From positions 288,001 to 352,000 of the forward strand of contig CAWDVR010000005.1 of NCBI GenBank assembly GCA_963805975.1: 64,000 nt of DNA, written 5' to 3'. The notes under the pieces are model-generated. The model worked only from the letters and a program-made list of their open reading frames with translations. It ran no database searches and was not told the DNA's origin. The DNA is from an uncultured Acidobacteriota bacterium (GTDB taxonomy: Bacteria > Acidobacteriota > Thermoanaerobaculia > Multivoradales > SZUA-115). Both the position numbers and the translations under genes were made by a program. Positions within the stretch are counted from its first letter, which is position 1, and each line of letters begins with the position of its first letter. Below are positions 62,320 to 64,000 of the stretch, one piece after another.

Positions 62320-64000
62320 CGAGGCCTCGCTCGACGAGCAACCGGAGTCTTCGCTCTCCCTCGGCCGCGAGGAGATCGAGAACCTGCCCCACCTCGGCGG
62401 GGACGTGTTCCGGGCCACCTCGCTCCTGCCCGGGGTGGCGGCCAACGACGTCTCCGCCCAGTTCAGCGTGCACGGCGGGCGCCGCGACGAGGTCAAGGTG
62501 CTGCTCGACGGGCAGGAGATCTACGGCACCTTCCACCTCAAGGACTACGACAACGCGCTGTCGATCGTCTCCTCCCGCATCCTCGCCGGTGCCGACCTCT
62601 CGACCGGCGCCTACCCGGCGGACCACGGCGACCGCATGAGCGGGGTGCTCGATTTGACGACCACCGAGCCCGCGGGCGGCAGGCAGTTCGTGCTCGGTCT
62701 CTCGGTGCTCGACCTGCAAGCCTCGGCCGCGGACCGCTTCGCCGAAGACCGCGGCGCCTGGCTCGCGACCGGCCGCCGTGGCTCCCTCGATCTCGCCGGT
62801 GATGCGATCGGCAAGGAGAACCCGCGGTTCTGGGACCTGTTCGGCAAGGTCTCGCTGGCGGGCGCTCTCGGCCAGGTGAGCGGCCGCGTGCTCGCCGCGG
62901 GCGACGGGCTGGCGATCGACACCGAGGCGGAGGACGGCTTCGAGCGCCTGGCGAACGACTATCAGAGCACCTACGGCTGGCTCAACCACCAGGCCGGGGG
63001 CAGGCGGCTGCTGGTCGAGACCCTCGCCTCGTGGTCCGGGATCGACACCGACCGCGGCGGCGCCGGCAGCGACGAGGAAGGCGGCCACCAGCTCGTGGAT
63101 CGGCGCGACCTCGAGGTGCTGGCGCTCGCCCAGACCTGGAACCTCGAGATCGCGTCGCGGCACCTCGCCCGCTGGGGATGGGAGGTCCGCGGCTACGACG
63201 TCGCCTTCGACTACGCGAAGCGGCTGGACCCGGACGTAGTGGTGATCGCGCCCTTCTCTCCTCCCCGCCGCATCGAGCACGGCCTCTCGGGTCGCTCTCG
63301 GGCGAGCACCTGGGGTTCTGGGCGAGCGACCGCTTCTCTTGGCGCAACCGGCTGACGGCCGAGCTGGGGCTACGCTACGACCGCCACACTGCCACCGACG
63401 ACACGCTGCTTTCCCCGCGCGTGAACCTGGCGTGGCAGTTGGGGGAGCGGAGCGTGGTGCGGGCGGCCTGGGGGCGGTTCTTCCAGAGCCAGCGCCCGTA
63501 CGAGCTCGAGGTCGAGGACGGGGAGAGCACGCTCTCCCGGCCGAGCGCGCGGCGCACTCGGTGCTCGGCTACGAAGCCCTGCTGCCGGCTAACCGGCTCG
63601 GCCTCGAGGCCGTCGGGTCGAGCTCTTCCGGCGCGACGTCGAGGATCCGCGCCCGCGCTACGAGCACCTGCTCGAGCCGGTGAACTTCTTCCCCGAGATC
63701 GAGCCCGACCGGGTGCGCATCGCCCCCGAGCGCAGCGCGGCCGAAGGGATCGAGCTGCTGGTGAAGGGCAGCCACGGCGAGCGCTTCGACTGGTGGCTCG
63801 CCTACTCCTACGCCCGCGCCAGGGACCGGCTGGCGGGCGAGAAGGTACCGCGATCGCTCGACCGCGGCACACGTTGAACGTGGCGCTCAACGACCGGCTG
63901 GGGAAAAGCTGGTGTTGAACCTCGCCTGGCGGTACCACACCGGCTGGCCCACGACCCCGGTCGAGGCGCGCCTGGTGCCGGACCCCGAGGATCCGGAGGA
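62320..64000 (+). pseudogene. TonB-dependent receptor remnant: no 5' end, several frameshifts, runs off the window
   Basis: Plug region LPHLGGDVFR..LPGV..VLLDGQEI..GDRMSGVLDL with no start codon after the in-frame TGA at 62294. Barrel motifs (LGLRYD, SPRVNLAW, GIELLV, WLAYSY, YHTGWP) are spread over different frames. Confidence 0.8.

Overview
High-GC bacterial DNA. The gene repertoire (VWA-domain protein, carboxypeptidase-regulatory-domain TonB receptors, TPR Ser/Thr kinase, paralogous XRE regulators, T2SS-like cluster with a cohesin-tailed secretin) suggests Acidobacteriota, possibly Thermoanaerobaculia; this is inferred from gene content only. From left to right: the 5' part of an NRPS (PCP-C-A, running off the window, with a non-canonical C-domain motif); an AAA+/DUF4143-type ATPase with twin palindromic operators; an S10 peptidase; a tRNA Pro-Arg-Arg operon; a Tat-exported plant-type polyphenol oxidase with a partner gene; two TonB receptors and a VWA protein with three sigma54-type promoters; a kinase and a phosphatase; an uncharacterised envelope cluster with tandem XRE regulators; waaA-lpxK-lpxL coupled to a diguanylate cyclase; an ECF/anti-sigma-led type II secretion/pilus-like operon ending in dut; a decayed stretch (a cytochrome-like gene split by TAG and an ABC permease relic); a nine-gene arg operon; and a broken TonB receptor. 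The best candidate for an undescribed system is the arg operon. Its transcarbamylase carries N-succinylornithine-type residues, it has no argA, argJ or GNAT gene, and a DUF1611-like P-loop protein is translationally coupled between argG and argC. That protein is a candidate non-orthologous N-acyl(succinyl)-glutamate synthase. No database searches were run; family calls come from motifs read by eye.
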